DNA of 64,000 nucleotides from Octopus vulgaris (taxonomy: Eukaryota), in assembly GCA_951406725.2 (NCBI GenBank), contig OX597822.1, forward strand, positions 29,822,001 to 29,886,000, read 5' to 3'. Below the pieces are notes generated by a model, which saw only the letters and a list, made by a program, of their open reading frames with translations, did not search any database and had not been told where the DNA came from. Both the position numbers and the translations under genes were made by a program. This document shows positions 40,490-55,508 of this stretch, piece by piece. Each line of letters begins with the position of its first letter. Position 1 is the first letter of the stretch.

Positions 40490-41967
40490 TGAGATGGAGG
40501 CAACAGACTTTTTCTCAGAGACAATATTGAAGCTGTCCTCAAGATGTCACAAATGGTTCATCCGAAACAACCGGAGAACATGTGTTCCGCAAGCAACCAG
40601 AAGCGATATTGAGTAATGTAGGACCTAAAATGAAGTCGCTCATTGCAGAACCGGGTTTATGCCTCTGAGTTCATTACAATGTTTATAAATAGTTTTCGTG
40701 ACAATTGAAGATATTGTAAATTTATTGACGCAGTGAGAGCATGAATCATACTTCCTATTGATAAAAAATGACGAGACAGCTGCAATATGTTGGTTAATAC
40801 CTGTATGGACATCAAACAACATAAAAAAAGATATCGAGTTTAAAAAAATCGATCTTTACATCAAGGTTGCCGATACTTTTGCTTGAATAAAGTGAAATAG
40901 CTAAAATACAAATACTGTAGTCACGAACACACATTTCTTAAAGGAAAATGGCTTGCATTTGGTGAGAAAAACACACGCAAACGCAAAACTGTTCAACATG
41001 GAACGTGTTGGATGAATTCATACTAAAATATTTTATATTGAAACAAATGTATTTACATTGTAAAGCAAATTTTTCTTCTTACTTGAAGCTAAAATGAATA
41101 GCGGCAGTTTAGCTATTAGCATGTTTTGTTAAAGTGCTCCAGAAACAGTTTTTCGTTATGAAACTTTGCCACTAGTGGTTGCGGACTAAGACAAAACAGT
41201 TGGCCTTGTTGAAACTGATGTATTAAATATCAATATTGATTTAAAATTTTGACTCAAGACCAGCAGTATCGGGAGACGGGATAAGTCGTTTACATCGACC
41301 CCGCAAGGATGAAAGGCAAATTCTACACCGCTGGAAGTTGAACATAAAAGGCAGAGGCAGACGGAATGCTGATAAGTATTTAGTCCGACACGGTAATGAT
41401 TCTGCCAAGCTCGCCAACTTGTATTAAATATTAACATTGGCTTCAAATTTTGTCACCAGGTCAGCAATTTCGGGCGAGAATGAAGTCAGTTACATCGACC
41501 CTATCGTTCAACTGGTTCAACTATAACGAAATGGTGAAAGGCAAAAATCGACCTCAACGGAATTAGAACTCAGAACAGAATTAAATTAAAAGGAAATATG
41601 CATGTCATATTTTGATTGTTGGAAGCTACCAATTCATATTTTTTCCCAATAGTTATTCAGTTATGAAAAATGATTGAATAAAGTATATTAAAGGCTTTTC
41701 CTGACTTAGTGGTCAGAGTACTCTATTGTTGATATTGGACACCTGAGTTATACACTTCGGTGGGAATTATAAAGAATGCCTTATTCACAAAATTTCTTAT
41801 GATTCTTATTCAAGCCTAATATCAAATCTGTTTATCATTCAAAAGCTGGAAGGAAAGTTTTTGCGAAATTCTCTCATTGAGGTGCTTCCCATCAAATTCA
41901 TATCGATGATAACTTCATGGAATCACTCAAGAATACCATCGTAAAAAAGTAAAAGAAAAACTAATAA

Positions 41968-42128
41968 GGCGCAGGAGTGGCTGCATGGTAAGTAGCTTGC
42001 TTACTAACCACATGATTCTGGGTTCAGTCCAACTGCGTGGCACCTCGGGCAAGTGTCTTCTACTATAGTCTCGGGCCGACCAAAGCATTGTGAGTGGATT
42101 TGGTAGACGGAAACTGAAAGAATTCCGT

Positions 42129-42224
<96 letters not shown>

Positions 42225-42447
42225 TGTGTGTGTGTGTATGTTTGTCTGTCTGTGTTTGTCCCAGCAGCATCGCTTGGATGCTGGTGTGTTTGCGTTCCCG
42301 TAACTTAGCGGTTCGGCAAAAGTGACCGATAGAATAAGTACAAGGCTTACAAAGAATAAGTCCTGGGGTCGATTCGCTCGACTAAAGGCGGTGCTCCAGC
42401 ATGGCCGCTGTCAAATGACTGAAACAAGCAAAAGAGTAAAAGAGTAA
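41968..42447 (+). mobile_element. SINE family A
   Basis: Same modules, with an internal (TA)n(TG)n tract. Confidence 0.87.
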
Positions 42448-42794
42448 CCTTCTGGAATGTCGAAAAGCCAATTTCATATTAATGACAAAAGCGGCGTTAG
42501 TAACATTTCTTTTTGTATTTCCTGAAGCACTTAAAGCCTCAAAATTTTTCTTTATTGTAGTTACTAGAAGTGACTTTGAGTAGAATCTGAAACGGCTATA
42601 AACGTAAAAATGGCACTTGCTGACTTATTATTATTAGATTGGTATATTTATGACGCATGACCCTTTTTTTCCACATGAATGACAAAGGTTGTTTGGTAGG
42701 ATAATCTCTCTGTTTATGAATCTTACTTGTCAGATGATGTTGTGGAGGCTTTTCATAGTGGAATGTGTTGTTGAACGTTGATTATATAGCCAAT

Positions 42795-43181
42795 GTGGAG
42801 ACGCAATGGCCCAGTGGTTAGGGCAGCGGACTCGCGGTCGTAGGATCGCGGTTTCGATTCCCAGACCGGGCGTTGTGAGTGTTTATTGAGCGAAAACACC
42901 TAAAGTTCCACGAGGCTCCGGCAGGGGATGGTGGTGATCCCTGCTGTACTCTTTCACCACAAATTTCTCTCACTCTTACTTCCTGTTTCTGTTGTACCTG
43001 TATTTCAAAGGGCCGGCCTTGTCACTCTCTGTGTCACGCTGAATATCCCCGAGAACTACGTTAAGGGTACACGTGTCTGTGGAGTGCTCAGCCACTTACA
43101 CGTTAATTTCACGAGCAGGCTGTTCCGTTGATCGGATCAACCGGAACCCTCGTCGTCGTAACCGACGGAGTGCTTCCATCC
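42795..43181 (+). mobile_element. SINE head B plus tail b
   Basis: Perfect 11-bp TSD atatagccaat (42784-42794 and 43182-43192). Confidence 0.92.
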
Positions 43182-43214
43182 ATATAGCCAATAGCATTCA
43201 TCTCAGCCAATTCA

Positions 43215-43650
43215 TTGTCGTAGTCGTCATCATCATCATCAACACATCGTTACTGGTATTGTTGCCATTGTCGTCATCATAGTCAATGTCATTGTCGGCG
43301 TCACCGTCGTCGCCTTCGTCGTCGTCATCATCGTCATCGTCATCGTATCGTTGTTGTCGTCATCGTCGTCATCCTCGTTATCATCATCATCATCATCATC
43401 ATCTCCATCCCCCTCTTCTTCCATCTACTCCTACTCATCCTCTCATTATTGTCGTCGTCGTGGTCTTCGTCGTCGCTTTCGCTTTCGTTGTCGTTGTCGC
43501 CATGACCATGATCATTATCATCATTATCATCACCGCTATCATCATCTCACTAGTATCGTCGTCATCATCATCATCATCATCGTTGTCGTCGAGGTCATCT
43601 CATTTTCCTTTTCGTTGTCACCACCACCACCACCACCACCACCATCACCG

Positions 43651-43701
<51 letters not shown>

Positions 43702-43712
43702 CCATCATGCAT
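43215..43712. repeat. Degenerate trinucleotide tract (TCA/TCG/CCA)n
   Basis: Direct reading. Confidence 0.9.
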
Positions 43713-44646
43713 CAGCTACAACTTGTGTCGGGCACATTGACGGGCACCCTTCATAGCCTTTCAGCTCCACCATTAGTGTCCCATATTCATCAGTAACTGC
43801 AACACTGTTAAACGTCATTAGAGCCTAAACTGTGGTTTTATTTAGAAGCTTCAGCACAGTTTCTTTCCCAGTGACTTGATTCCAACAGAATGAAATACCT
43901 AGTGAGCCACAGTACATATTTTAGACAGCATCTTCCCCCACCCCCACCAGCACGACAAGCTGCAGTCTGTCTTGTTTAGTTCATTCTGTCTTTCTATGGC
44001 GGATATTCTTAACTGCACATGCATTTGCGTCTGTACCTGTGTGAATGTGTGTTAGTGTGTGTGCGTGTCTCTAAGTGTTTTGTACGTGTGTTTTTGTACG
44101 TGTATATGGGTTTGTTTACTATATTGTTTGTATCCATGCCCTTTATTTAGATTTTTCTTTTCATTTATGTACTTATTTATCTCTCTCTATGTTTATTTCG
44201 ACTGTTCCTTATTTCGGAAAAATGAGGCGCGGTAAGTGCCCCTGTAAGAAGTTACTCACATCATTCATAGAGAGAAAGAGATAGATAAGAATCGAACCAA
44301 GTACTTGATACGCATTATGTCTCAAAGCTGAAAGGATGAAAGGTAGAGTAGGCGTCGGTTTGATTTGTAAGAAAATCTGTTCGACTCTCTTGTAACTCCG
44401 CCATTTTATTTAGTTTTATTAACGGCTTGATTTTTAATTAACAATTATGAAAAGAGTCATACATATTCATATATACAAAAAGACTATTTTTAGTTGTAAT
44501 ATGAAACAATTTGCATGTTAAAGGAACAGATTTACTTGAAGGTGGAGATACACATCTAACTAGTACACTCCCAGGGTGTTAAAACTATAATATGAGTTTA
44601 ATTAAAAGAGGAAATATTTTGTCATATTAAATCAATTTATGGATTA

Positions 44647-45032
44647 CTAGCAGTATCGCCCGGCGTTGCTCGGGTTTGTAAGGGAAATAACTATATAACC
44701 ATTTTTAGAGAGTTATAGCCAAAAAATAGCAAAAAAAATGCATTGAAAATGGAAAAAAAATGATGGTAAAATCGTTGACTCATCGTAGACATTTTTAGAG
44801 AGTTACTTCCCCTATATAATAGCGAAAAAATGCATTAAAATGGGAAAAATGATGGTAATTTTTTTTTAAATCGTAGACTCATCGTAGACGCGCGCTAATA
44901 CCCAGAAGGGCTCGATATGAATCACGACTATAAGATACCCGGTTTTGGTTAAACTGCACCGCAAAATGTGGGAGTAGTTAGGAATCTAAATCGTAGGAGA
45001 CAGACATACAACTTCACTTTTATATATAAAGA
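44647..45032 (-). mobile_element. Non-autonomous Helitron, complete
   Basis: Minus strand starts TC(TTTATATATAAAAG) and ends with hairpin CCCGAGCAACGCCGGG then CTAG; inserted between A and T with no TSD. Confidence 0.85.
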
Positions 45033-45169
45033 TATTTCGTGCTGAGTAGTTTTCCTTCTACGCTATTCTTTTTTTTAATTAGTTCTGAAAATAAAGAGGC
45101 GAATATTCTGACAGTAATAAAACTAAAATAGTGCTTTCAACAAAATATATCAAACAAAAGGTTACTTAC

Positions 45170-45197
45170 TGACTGGACACTTGAATTCAATATCACT
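45170..45197 (-). CDS. uif: 28-nt exon supplying the first Cys of the CTL (SDIEFKCPV)
   Basis: Strong acceptor ttttttttctctctcttaacag and donor gtaagt; phase 0-1; gives CPVKW with the next exon, the typical CP..W start of a long-form CTL. Confidence 0.8.
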
Positions 45198-45981
45198 CTG
45201 TTAAGAGAGAGAAAAAAAAGGCGAGTTAGAAAAATTCTGAGAGTTTTCTGAGGATAGGTTATGGTGTGGGGAATGCAGAAGTAAGTCATTAAGCTAATAG
45301 ATTTTCTTTATTCCTTATAAAAAAGATACATAGAGGGAACAAACAAGGACAGACAAGGACATATAAGGGTCAGATACACTCTTACAACAGATTAAATACG
45401 AATGAGTTTATGGATATGAATGCAGAATGATGTAAGGTTAAAAATTAAGATGTTAAATTATTACTATTTACAGGGTTCGGGTTAGTGAACTAACCTACCG
45501 GTTGATTTCCTTTTGGTAATCTTTCCTGTTCTTCTATGCTCAGACCGACCGTGTCAGCACGGCTCCTTGCATTCTCATCTTTCTTACTACTTCCGTCCAT
45601 CTTTTTTCCAAATACTCTTTGCGGCAGGTTCCTCCTCTCCAGACGGATCTTGCTGGAAAGATGGGCAGCGATTTAATCCACCAGCTCACGTCCGGAGATG
45701 AATTGGCCCGTCGTAATCCCTTTCACTCGCGTCTTTCATACCGCGTCTTTCATACCGCGTCTTTCAATATGGTTATTACGCAGAGAAATAAGCTAACAGA
45801 CTACCAGATGAAACCTCGGCAGTTCATAAACAGTTATCTGATATCATGTTTTACTTTAACAGAAATGAAAATGGCTTCAAAATAGAGTAGAAAATAAGTT
45901 ATAATATTAATTTTATGCACATCCATCATAATTAGGATGTTTTGATCAGTATAGACTCTCGATTTATTAATGTCCTGCATT

Positions 45982-46318
45982 GTGAAGGCGCATGGGTCAG
46001 TGGTTAGAATGTCGAGCTTACGATCGTGAGGTTGTGAGTTCGAATCCCGGACCGGGCTGCGTGTTGTGTTCTTGAGCAAGACACTTTATTTCACGTTGCT
46101 CCAGTTCACTCAGCTGTAGAAATGAGTTGCAACGTCACTGGTGCCAAGCTGTATCGGCCCCTTTGCCTTTCCCTTAGAAAACACTAGTGGCGTGGAGAGG
46201 GGAGGCCGGTATGCATGCGCGACTGCTGGTCTTCCATAAACAACCTTGCCCGGACTTGTGCCTGGGAAGGTAACTTTCTAGGGGCAATCCCATGGTCAGT
46301 CATGACCGAAGGGGGTCT
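45982..46318 (+). mobile_element. SINE head D plus tail e
   Basis: A/B boxes (GAGTTCGAATCCC) and the same central segment as the 9796 copy, with a different 3' half. Confidence 0.8.
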
Positions 46319-46932
46319 CAGCAATATTGAAATCCCATATTACAAACGACACGATTCGTCTTCTCCCTTAGACGAAAACGATCACAATTACAAAGAATAT
46401 AAAAATACATGTAAAATAAATCTAAGGTCGTTGAATTTCAGAATTGGAAGGCCAAGCTAACGGACGTATTTCTTTCTTGTTCTTTTAATACTTTCGAAAA
46501 GGGATATTTTATCTGATTAAATACTTCTACTATAGCAATCCAACATCTTTGTCATTGTTCTTAGCGTGATTTAATGTTCAATCTTCTATAACACATTGAT
46601 TTTCTGCACACCCTGCGATACTGCAAGTTCACTACAATATTTTTTCAGTAATGAATTTGTGTATTGTAAGTACGAGAAGGATTCTAAAGTTTCGGACACG
46701 ACACTTTGTTAGAGAGCATTGATCTCAGATTACGGCATTGATGAAGTCACATGCTCATTTTCGTCATTTACGGCTTGAATTCCACCTTCAGCATGACGTT
46801 AAAGCGTGCATCAGGAGATCAGGGCGTTTCAATGAACTCGTCGGCCTGCTAAAAATAGCAATACAAATTTACGTCACATTACATCACTTCTCTTACAAAG
46901 GAGGATAAACTGGACAAAGTTGTCGAATACAC

Positions 46933-46998
<66 letters not shown>

Positions 46999-47134
46999 AA
47001 TATTATATTAAATTAGAGACAAAACCACTATTAGGTAAATCAAACAATGAAAAACTTAAGCCAATACATAAGATTATTTAATTTATATTATTTAAATATA
47101 TAACAAAATTATTAAAAATATATAATTAATATCA

Positions 47135-47198
47135 CACTACGATCGTTTCATGGCTGCTAACTTCTTCAAATTTTCAAGTCACAGTCATTCATCAGGTG
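47135..47198 (-). ncRNA. Minimal type I hammerhead ribozyme motif (mirror copy)
   Basis: Reverse complement of 47265-47328 in the other palindrome arm. Confidence 0.7.
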
Positions 47199-47264
47199 GT
47201 TTAAATATTTATCTTGGCGAGGTTTAAACAATTGTTTAAACCTCGCCAAGATAAATATTTAAAC

Positions 47265-47328
47265 CACCTGATGAATGACTGTGACTTGAAAATTTGAAGA
47301 AGTTAGCAGCCATGAAACGATCGTAGTG
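47265..47328 (+). ncRNA. Minimal type I hammerhead ribozyme motif
   Basis: cac-CTGATGA-atgactg..tgactt/aagtta..cagccat (stem II)-GAAA-cgatc-GTA-gtg; palindromic stem III ACGATCGT; 3-bp stem I. Confidence 0.7.
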
Positions 47329-47541
47329 TGATATTAATTATATATTTTTAATAATTTTGTTATATATTTAAATAATATAAATTAAATAATCTTATGTATT
47401 GGCTTAAGTTTTTCATTGTTTGATTTGCATAATAGTGGTTTTGTCTCTAATTTAATATAATATAATATTTTACTATAAAATTGAATTCAATCCTAAATCT
47501 GATTTTTCCCTGTAAGTTTGGATTTATTCCCTAATATTTAT

Positions 47542-47586
<45 letters not shown>

Positions 47587-47734
47587 TATATATATATGGC
47601 CTGTTCGCTTAGCTAGCGGGGTGGCATCATTTGAAGGCTAAAACAATGCGAAGTACATTGTGACCAGCGATGTGTAACAACATATGATAGCCTGGTCGCT
47701 CACGGTGGTTATGGTGATATATATATATATATAT

Positions 47735-48362
47735 TTAAAATTAAATAAGGGTAGAAATTGATATTAATCAATTAAAACCAGTGGCCTAGCATATTTTAAA
47801 AAATCCGAAGATTAAAAATTTTTACATACAAAATTTAGAGGAATGACCACTAAAAATGGTCAAGCCTGTATGCTAGATATAGACGTCAAAATCGCCATTT
47901 AACACGAAGAATGTGTTCTCAAGAAAAAATTCACCAAAAAACGAAAGTGTAAAAATAAGCAAGGCAAATGAAAATATACGAAATAAAAAACGATTACCTA
48001 TCTATTAATTAGTTTCATTTGTTAATATTTACATCTGTGAATACGTAAACATCTGCAAGATCATCAGCATAGTCTGTAGTTTACAAAACACAATTTCCAG
48101 AACTAGATACAGAACGCTCGACCGAAATCCAGCATGTATCAAGTTCTACAAATTATATTTATGTGTATCCTTCAAATGCTTTCACTTTGGCGCGCTGAGA
48201 TCGGAAATTACTCTGCAGTTAATAAACTACAGCAGTCAATTTACCGGCTAGAGAACATTTTTTAAAATTTAAAAGTAAATAAGAGTAGAAATTGATATTA
48301 ATCAATTAAAACCAAGTGGCCTAGCATATTTTAAAAAATTCGGATTTTTTAAAATATGCTAA
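47735..48362 (-). mobile_element. Penelope-like element with a terminal direct repeat and a degenerate hammerhead (about 48001-48072)
   Basis: tagaaattgatattaatcaattaaaacca(a)gtggcctagcatattttaaaaaat occurs at about 47750 and 48286, the second folding back on itself. Minus strand has ctatg-CTGATGA-9-bp stem-GAAA-ctaattaa-ta-gatag. A fragment of the terminus also occurs at 60655-60740. Confidence 0.55.
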
Positions 48363-48589
48363 GACAGAAAACATAGATTTTTACTTCTTCAACCACAGAA
48401 AGTGTAGGAAAAATGTCTGCAGCATAAAGATAGGTTTTCGCCTCGAATACGCTCCGTTGCTGCCTCGTCCTTCTATAGCATTCTCGTCGTAGCTGTTTTC
48501 AGAATTCAGCATGGCAACAGCAAAGATATATAGGCTTTATACAGAAAATGTCTATTTTCATGTCCATACTTGTTAATGCTGGATGTGTA

Positions 48590-48624
<35 letters not shown>

Positions 48625-48645
48625 GTGTGTGTCTGTGTTTGTATA

Positions 48646-48720
<75 letters not shown>

Positions 48721-48957
48721 TTATCACCCCTCGCATAATACGTATATACGCACGCATATATACCCACGCACATACAGACACCGACACACACACACACGCA
48801 CACAGTGAAACCTTGCGAGATGCGGTTGCTGGTTTTATTGTAATTATTGCGTTGTTGCTCTGATAGTTCTGTAGTTGCATGAATCATGCGTGTTTGCGCT
48901 ATTTATTTTGCGGCTATCCATCTATCTATCTATCTACAGAACCATGTATGTAGTTGT

Positions 48958-49087
<130 letters not shown>

Positions 49088-49532
49088 GTTTCGAGAAAGA
49101 AGATTGATTAAAAATTCTCTCGCAATGTAGAGGTTTGTGCTTAGAAGTGCTCAATAATCAAGAGTCACTTGAGACAGAAGATATAAATATGCAATGTGTA
49201 GAAACAAAAGACCTGGTAATTCTATCCACAAACATGACTGATTAGAGATAGATTTAAAGGACAAATGTACATGATAGAATAAAGATATATAAATACTCAG
49301 CGATTTAAAAAAAAAATAATCATAAATGAATAAATATATTAAAAATATGTGTAAATTAATGGATTAAAAAAATCCCCGAATAGAGGCATAATAACGTTAA
49401 AACATGCGTGCATAGGTTTTTTTGTTTCTTCACATTATATGAATGTGTGTATAGACACATTCACACACACACATATAATTTTTTTTTTTTGGTAATGAGA
49501 TAAAAAAACCAAGGCTGTGTAGATTTTAGAAC

Positions 49533-49572
<40 letters not shown>

Positions 49573-49577
<5 letters not shown>

Positions 49578-49774
49578 ATCCAAACAAGAAAACACAAAAA
49601 AAACACAACAACGCGAGGACGTGGAAAAAATATAGTATTATTGGAAACTCAGGAAAGAAGGGTAGAAGGAGGGTTTAACGTTTCGAGCGGAGTTCTTCGT
49701 CGGAAACATAGGAGAAGGAAAGATCCAGAGAAGGGAAGACAGAGGAAAAAAATCGCCAACGGTACACACGAGAT

Positions 49775-49775
<1 letters not shown>
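49573..49775 (-). mobile_element. Short Penelope-like repeat with a hammerhead-like motif (core CCGACGA) at 49673-49707
   Basis: gttt-CCGACGA-agaactccgctc-GAAACGTT-aaac; 3' end abuts (TA)n. Confidence 0.45.
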
Positions 49776-49854
<79 letters not shown>

Positions 49855-50192
49855 GAGAGACAGAGACAGTGATACAGATAAACACGATTAGGCTACATAT
49901 ATATATATGTTCAGTCAACCGTGTCAGCCTAAAACTTAGGACGCCAAACATTGTCACTTGATACTAATACAAGGACGTAACGGGTAACCTACAAAAGTTT
50001 CCAAGAGCAGTTATATGGCTATCCTCTACCAGTCAGGCCCTATTCAAAGCATACTAATTTGAGGTATGAACTCCCTATAAAAACTAGGCAAACTTCAAAC
50101 ACTAGTCAGAAGCAAAACAGCTGAGACACGGGTCAAGTCTTTCTATTTCAACAATTTGAAAAAATCAATGTAAACTGTGAAACCGGATAAAT

Positions 50193-50226
<34 letters not shown>

Positions 50227-50230
<4 letters not shown>

Positions 50231-50648
50231 TACTCGTTTACTTGTTTCAGTCACGTGACTGTGGCCATGTTAAAGCACCGCCTTTAGTCGAGCAAATCGA
50301 CCCCAGGACTTATTCTTTGTAAGCCTAGTACTTATTCTATCAGTCTCTTTTGCCGAACCGCTAAGTTACGGGGACGTAAATACACCACCATCGGTTGACA
50401 AGCAATGTTGGGGGTACAAACACAGGCACACAAACACACACAAACAGACACACACACACACACACACAGACACATATATATATACGACTGGCTTCTTTCA
50501 GTTTCCGTCTACCAAATCAACTCACAAGGCTTTGGTCGGCCCGAGTCTATCGTAGAAGACAATTTCCCAAGGTGCTACGCAGTGGGCCTGAACCCAGAAC
50601 CATATGGTTGGTTAGTAAGCTACTTACCACACAGTCACTCCACCGCCT
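50227..50648 (-). mobile_element. SINE family A
   Basis: Same modules as other family A copies. Confidence 0.85.
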
Positions 50649-50649
50649 A

Positions 50650-51607
<958 letters not shown>

Positions 51608-52190
51608 AAAATATGCATATACATACATAAATAGATAGCTGTTACATACTGCCTATGTATTTTACATATCAATCGTTGAAGAACAGTGTCATCGATCGTT
51701 GGTTTCCAGTTAGAAAATATCTGATTTCACAGTGTTTTTACAGTGAGAGTGACAAGAGAGTCTCTGTAATGCGTTAGAATAGATATAATAAGCTCAAATT
51801 TTTATTGCTGATGATTCATGTTGTTCACCGATATGCGGTAATTCTATTGTTGTTATTGTTCTATTTTTCTTATCTATATTTTATCTATGACGTGTATTAT
51901 ATCTGTGATATGACTAACCTCTCTATTTGATTTTTAATCATATTTTATAAACTATAAATTATAGAATTGCGCCAGTGGAAATAGTGCAGATGTGATGAGC
52001 TAGTCTTCAAAGCTGGCATTGAGAAATGACAGCTTCAAAGAAATATATTTATTCAGGTCTGAAATATTTTATTTTTCCCACGGTATTAAAATAGTAACGA
52101 GGCAACTATATCACCTGTAAATGATCGGTTGACCTGCTAGAAATAGCAACCAAATTTCCGTCATTTAAGATCAAATCCTATCGTCTTAAA

Positions 52191-52226
<36 letters not shown>

Positions 52227-52231
<5 letters not shown>

Positions 52232-52538
52232 CTGAGCACGTGACCGACTAGGCTATCAGATGTTGCTACACATCGCTGGTCACATTGTACTTCGTATTGT
52301 TTTAGCCTTCAAATGAGCCCCCCCCCCGCTGGCAAAGGGAGCAGGCCAACAGAAGAAAGAGTGAGTGAAAGTTGTGGCGAAAGAGTCCAGCAGGGATCGC
52401 CACCACTCCCTGCCGGAGCCTCGTGGAGCTTTAAGTGCTTTCTCTCAATAAACACTCATAACGCCCGGTCTGGGAATCGAAACCGCGATCTTATGACCGG
52501 AAGTCCGCTGCTCTAACTACTGGGTGATTGCGCCTCCA
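52227..52538 (-). mobile_element. SINE head B plus tail d
   Basis: Head B followed by a ..catttgaaggctaaaac..ctgatagcc..ggtgat(at)n tail. Confidence 0.82.
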
Positions 52539-52589
52539 AACACACACACGCACACACACACACACACACGCACACACACAAGAATGTTT

Positions 52590-52915
52590 TGCGTAATGAG
52601 ATAAAAAACCAAGTTTGTGTAGATTTTAGAACATTTATAGATAGGTCTTACAGCTGTTTCAAGGATATTTATTAATTATATCCCTTCATCGGAGATGGTG
52701 TGAGGGGATTGGTTAAGTCATAGTTAGTTTAGATGTGATGCAAAATAGAGAGTGATGTAGAGGAAAGAAAATAGATGCGAGATATGTAGGGATATTGAAG
52801 TTGTAGATTCAGTTTTTTAGGCAGAATGGTGTATGTGTAAGATTCCAATACCTTATGAGTAAAGTCCAAAAGTCCAACAGAGTTTAAAGTGGGTCCTTCC
52901 AAATATAGAGTGTAT
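52590..52915 (-). mobile_element. Penelope-like element 3' fragment with a hammerhead at 52646-52695 (core CCGATGA)
   Basis: Homologous to 1441-1760, 28090-28270 and 49490-49540. The minus frame reads ..[10 protein letters not shown].., resembling the P.LN end of GIY-YIG endonucleases; GAAACAGCTGTA stem III. Confidence 0.6.
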
Positions 52916-52989
52916 AGACACGCAGACACACACACATACACATATATATATATATACAAACACAGACACACACACACACATATACATAT

Positions 52990-53100
<111 letters not shown>

Positions 53101-53232
53101 CATACATATACATATATATATATATATATATCTATAGGTTCAGCAAAATTTAGATTCAGATGAATATGGTACTTAAGTTAAACGCACCAGAAATTTGGTA
53201 AGGTATTATCCATATAAATCAAATGGGGGTAT

Positions 53233-53390
53233 TATAATCAAAATAAGCAACAAGGATATCGAAGGTGGTGTAGTACAATCGTTTCATGCTATTTCATTTA
53301 ACTAAACAAATGAACGTTGTTTATTTAATTAAAGTACCATTAAACGATTGTACTACACTACCTTGGATATCCTTGTTGCTTATTTTGATT
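53233..53390. repeat. Inverted repeat (arms about 55-70 bp) inside TA-rich microsatellite
   Basis: taatcaaaataagcaacaaggatatc...gtagtacaatcgttt / aaacgattgtactac...gatatccttgttgcttattttgatta; includes GAAACGATTGTA (hammerhead 3' half) on the minus strand. Confidence 0.8.
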
Positions 53391-53392
53391 AC

Positions 53393-53431
<39 letters not shown>

Positions 53432-53572
53432 CATATATATACACATATATATACACATATATATACATATACATATATATATACACACATATATATACAT
53501 ATATACATATACATACATATATATATATACATATACACATATATATACATATATATATACATATATATATAC

Positions 53573-54206
<634 letters not shown>

Positions 54207-55508
54207 TGGAGAGCATATTGGGTAAGTTACTCATGGATGCACTTAGTCTGAGGGAAATTAGGTCACGGCTGATTCTGTTAGTAATTATAGATTAACTAAA
54301 AATAATATCTATTAATCATAGATTATTTGCCCTGCTATTAATTATAGATTTGCAAAAACGCCTGCAAAAGCAGCAGCAGTAACGCCATTTATTACATAGT
54401 TAAATTTGTTGCATCTCTACATATAAACTCCCTAATAAAGTCAAAGACTAACCGTTGCTTTCCATAGTTGTTATTTTTATTAAAAACCAGATCAACTCAA
54501 TTTTGCATTGTCTATAGTGTCCACAATTTCCTGTCTATTGGGCTCATTTAAGTTATCTCTTTCTGTTTTTTTTTATTAATATTAATCCAGCTAGTAAGGT
54601 AGCGAGCTGGGGAAATTGTTACCGCGCCGGGTAAAACGCTAAGTGTCATTTCGTCCGTCGGTAAGTTCTGAGTTCAAATTCCATCGAGGTCGACTTTGCC
54701 TTTCATCTCTTCGGGATCGATAAAATAAGTGCCAGTTGAATACTGGAATCGATGAAATTGACTTACCCCCTACCTCGAAATTGCTGGCATTGTGCCAAAA
54801 TCTGAAACCAATATTAATTCAGGGAGTAAGGCAGTGAGCTGGCAGCATTATTAGTACGACGGGCAAAATGCTTGGCAGTATTTCGTCCGTCTTTACGCCG
54901 AGGTCGACTTTGTCTTTCATCCCTTCGGGATCGATAAAATAAGTACCAGTTGCGTACTAGGGTCGTTGTAATCTAATTACTCTCTTCTCCAACCTTGTTA
55001 GCCTTGTGCCAAAATTTGAAACGAATGTTAATGTAGGGAGTTTGCTAGATTTGTTCTTTGTGTGCCGGACTTTCCCCTGATGCATTTTCTGTCATACATA
55101 TTTTGCATTTATATATAGGCATTTGACTCTCTTAATGTATAACATTATCAGCAATGCAGCGCGACAAAGATGTCATTTAGATTCGTCAAAGCTAGAGAAA
55201 AACTACATCGCAACATCACAAAAAAAATCAGGAAATAAAAGAAAAAGAAAAACAAGTATGGGCCTCCCATATGGGAGCTGTATAACGATTTAAACAGCTA
55301 ACTGAAATTTCCTACAAAGTACAGAGTACTAACATCTCTCCAGCCAGACATGATCATCACCTCTGAAGTAGTCAAACAAACGATCATACTGATACTTACA
55401 GGGCACTGAGCCCTGAAAGGAACTTCCACAATAAATTCCATTCCGGAGGATTTTTTTTTATTTTGTAAACTTTAGCACGGCATACAAACTCCACTTCAGG
55501 CCACCTCA

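Larger units (their letters stand above)
47000..47545. mobile_element. Palindromic Penelope-like element insertion (two inverted 232-bp arms plus a 3' extension) inside (TA)n
   Basis: Symmetry centre caattg at 47229-47234; I found 2 mismatches by eye. Related single-arm fragments at about 670-760 and 23530-23640. Carries hammerhead motifs. Confidence 0.75.

Noticed and set aside
42795-42870. tRNA-like sequences with A/B boxes (also at 9796, 39740 and 45982)
   Set aside because: They continue into SINE bodies, some with TSDs, and lack a proper acceptor stem and terminator, so they are SINE heads and not tRNA genes.
43239-43756. Poly-His/Ser/Asp ORFs
   Set aside because: Degenerate trinucleotide tract in an intron; open frames are expected.
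55400-55412. Candidate 13-nt microexon with a gtaagt donor
   Set aside because: Its phase does not fit the main model, and it lies in what looks like a decayed retrotransposon endonuclease remnant (QPDMIITS..).
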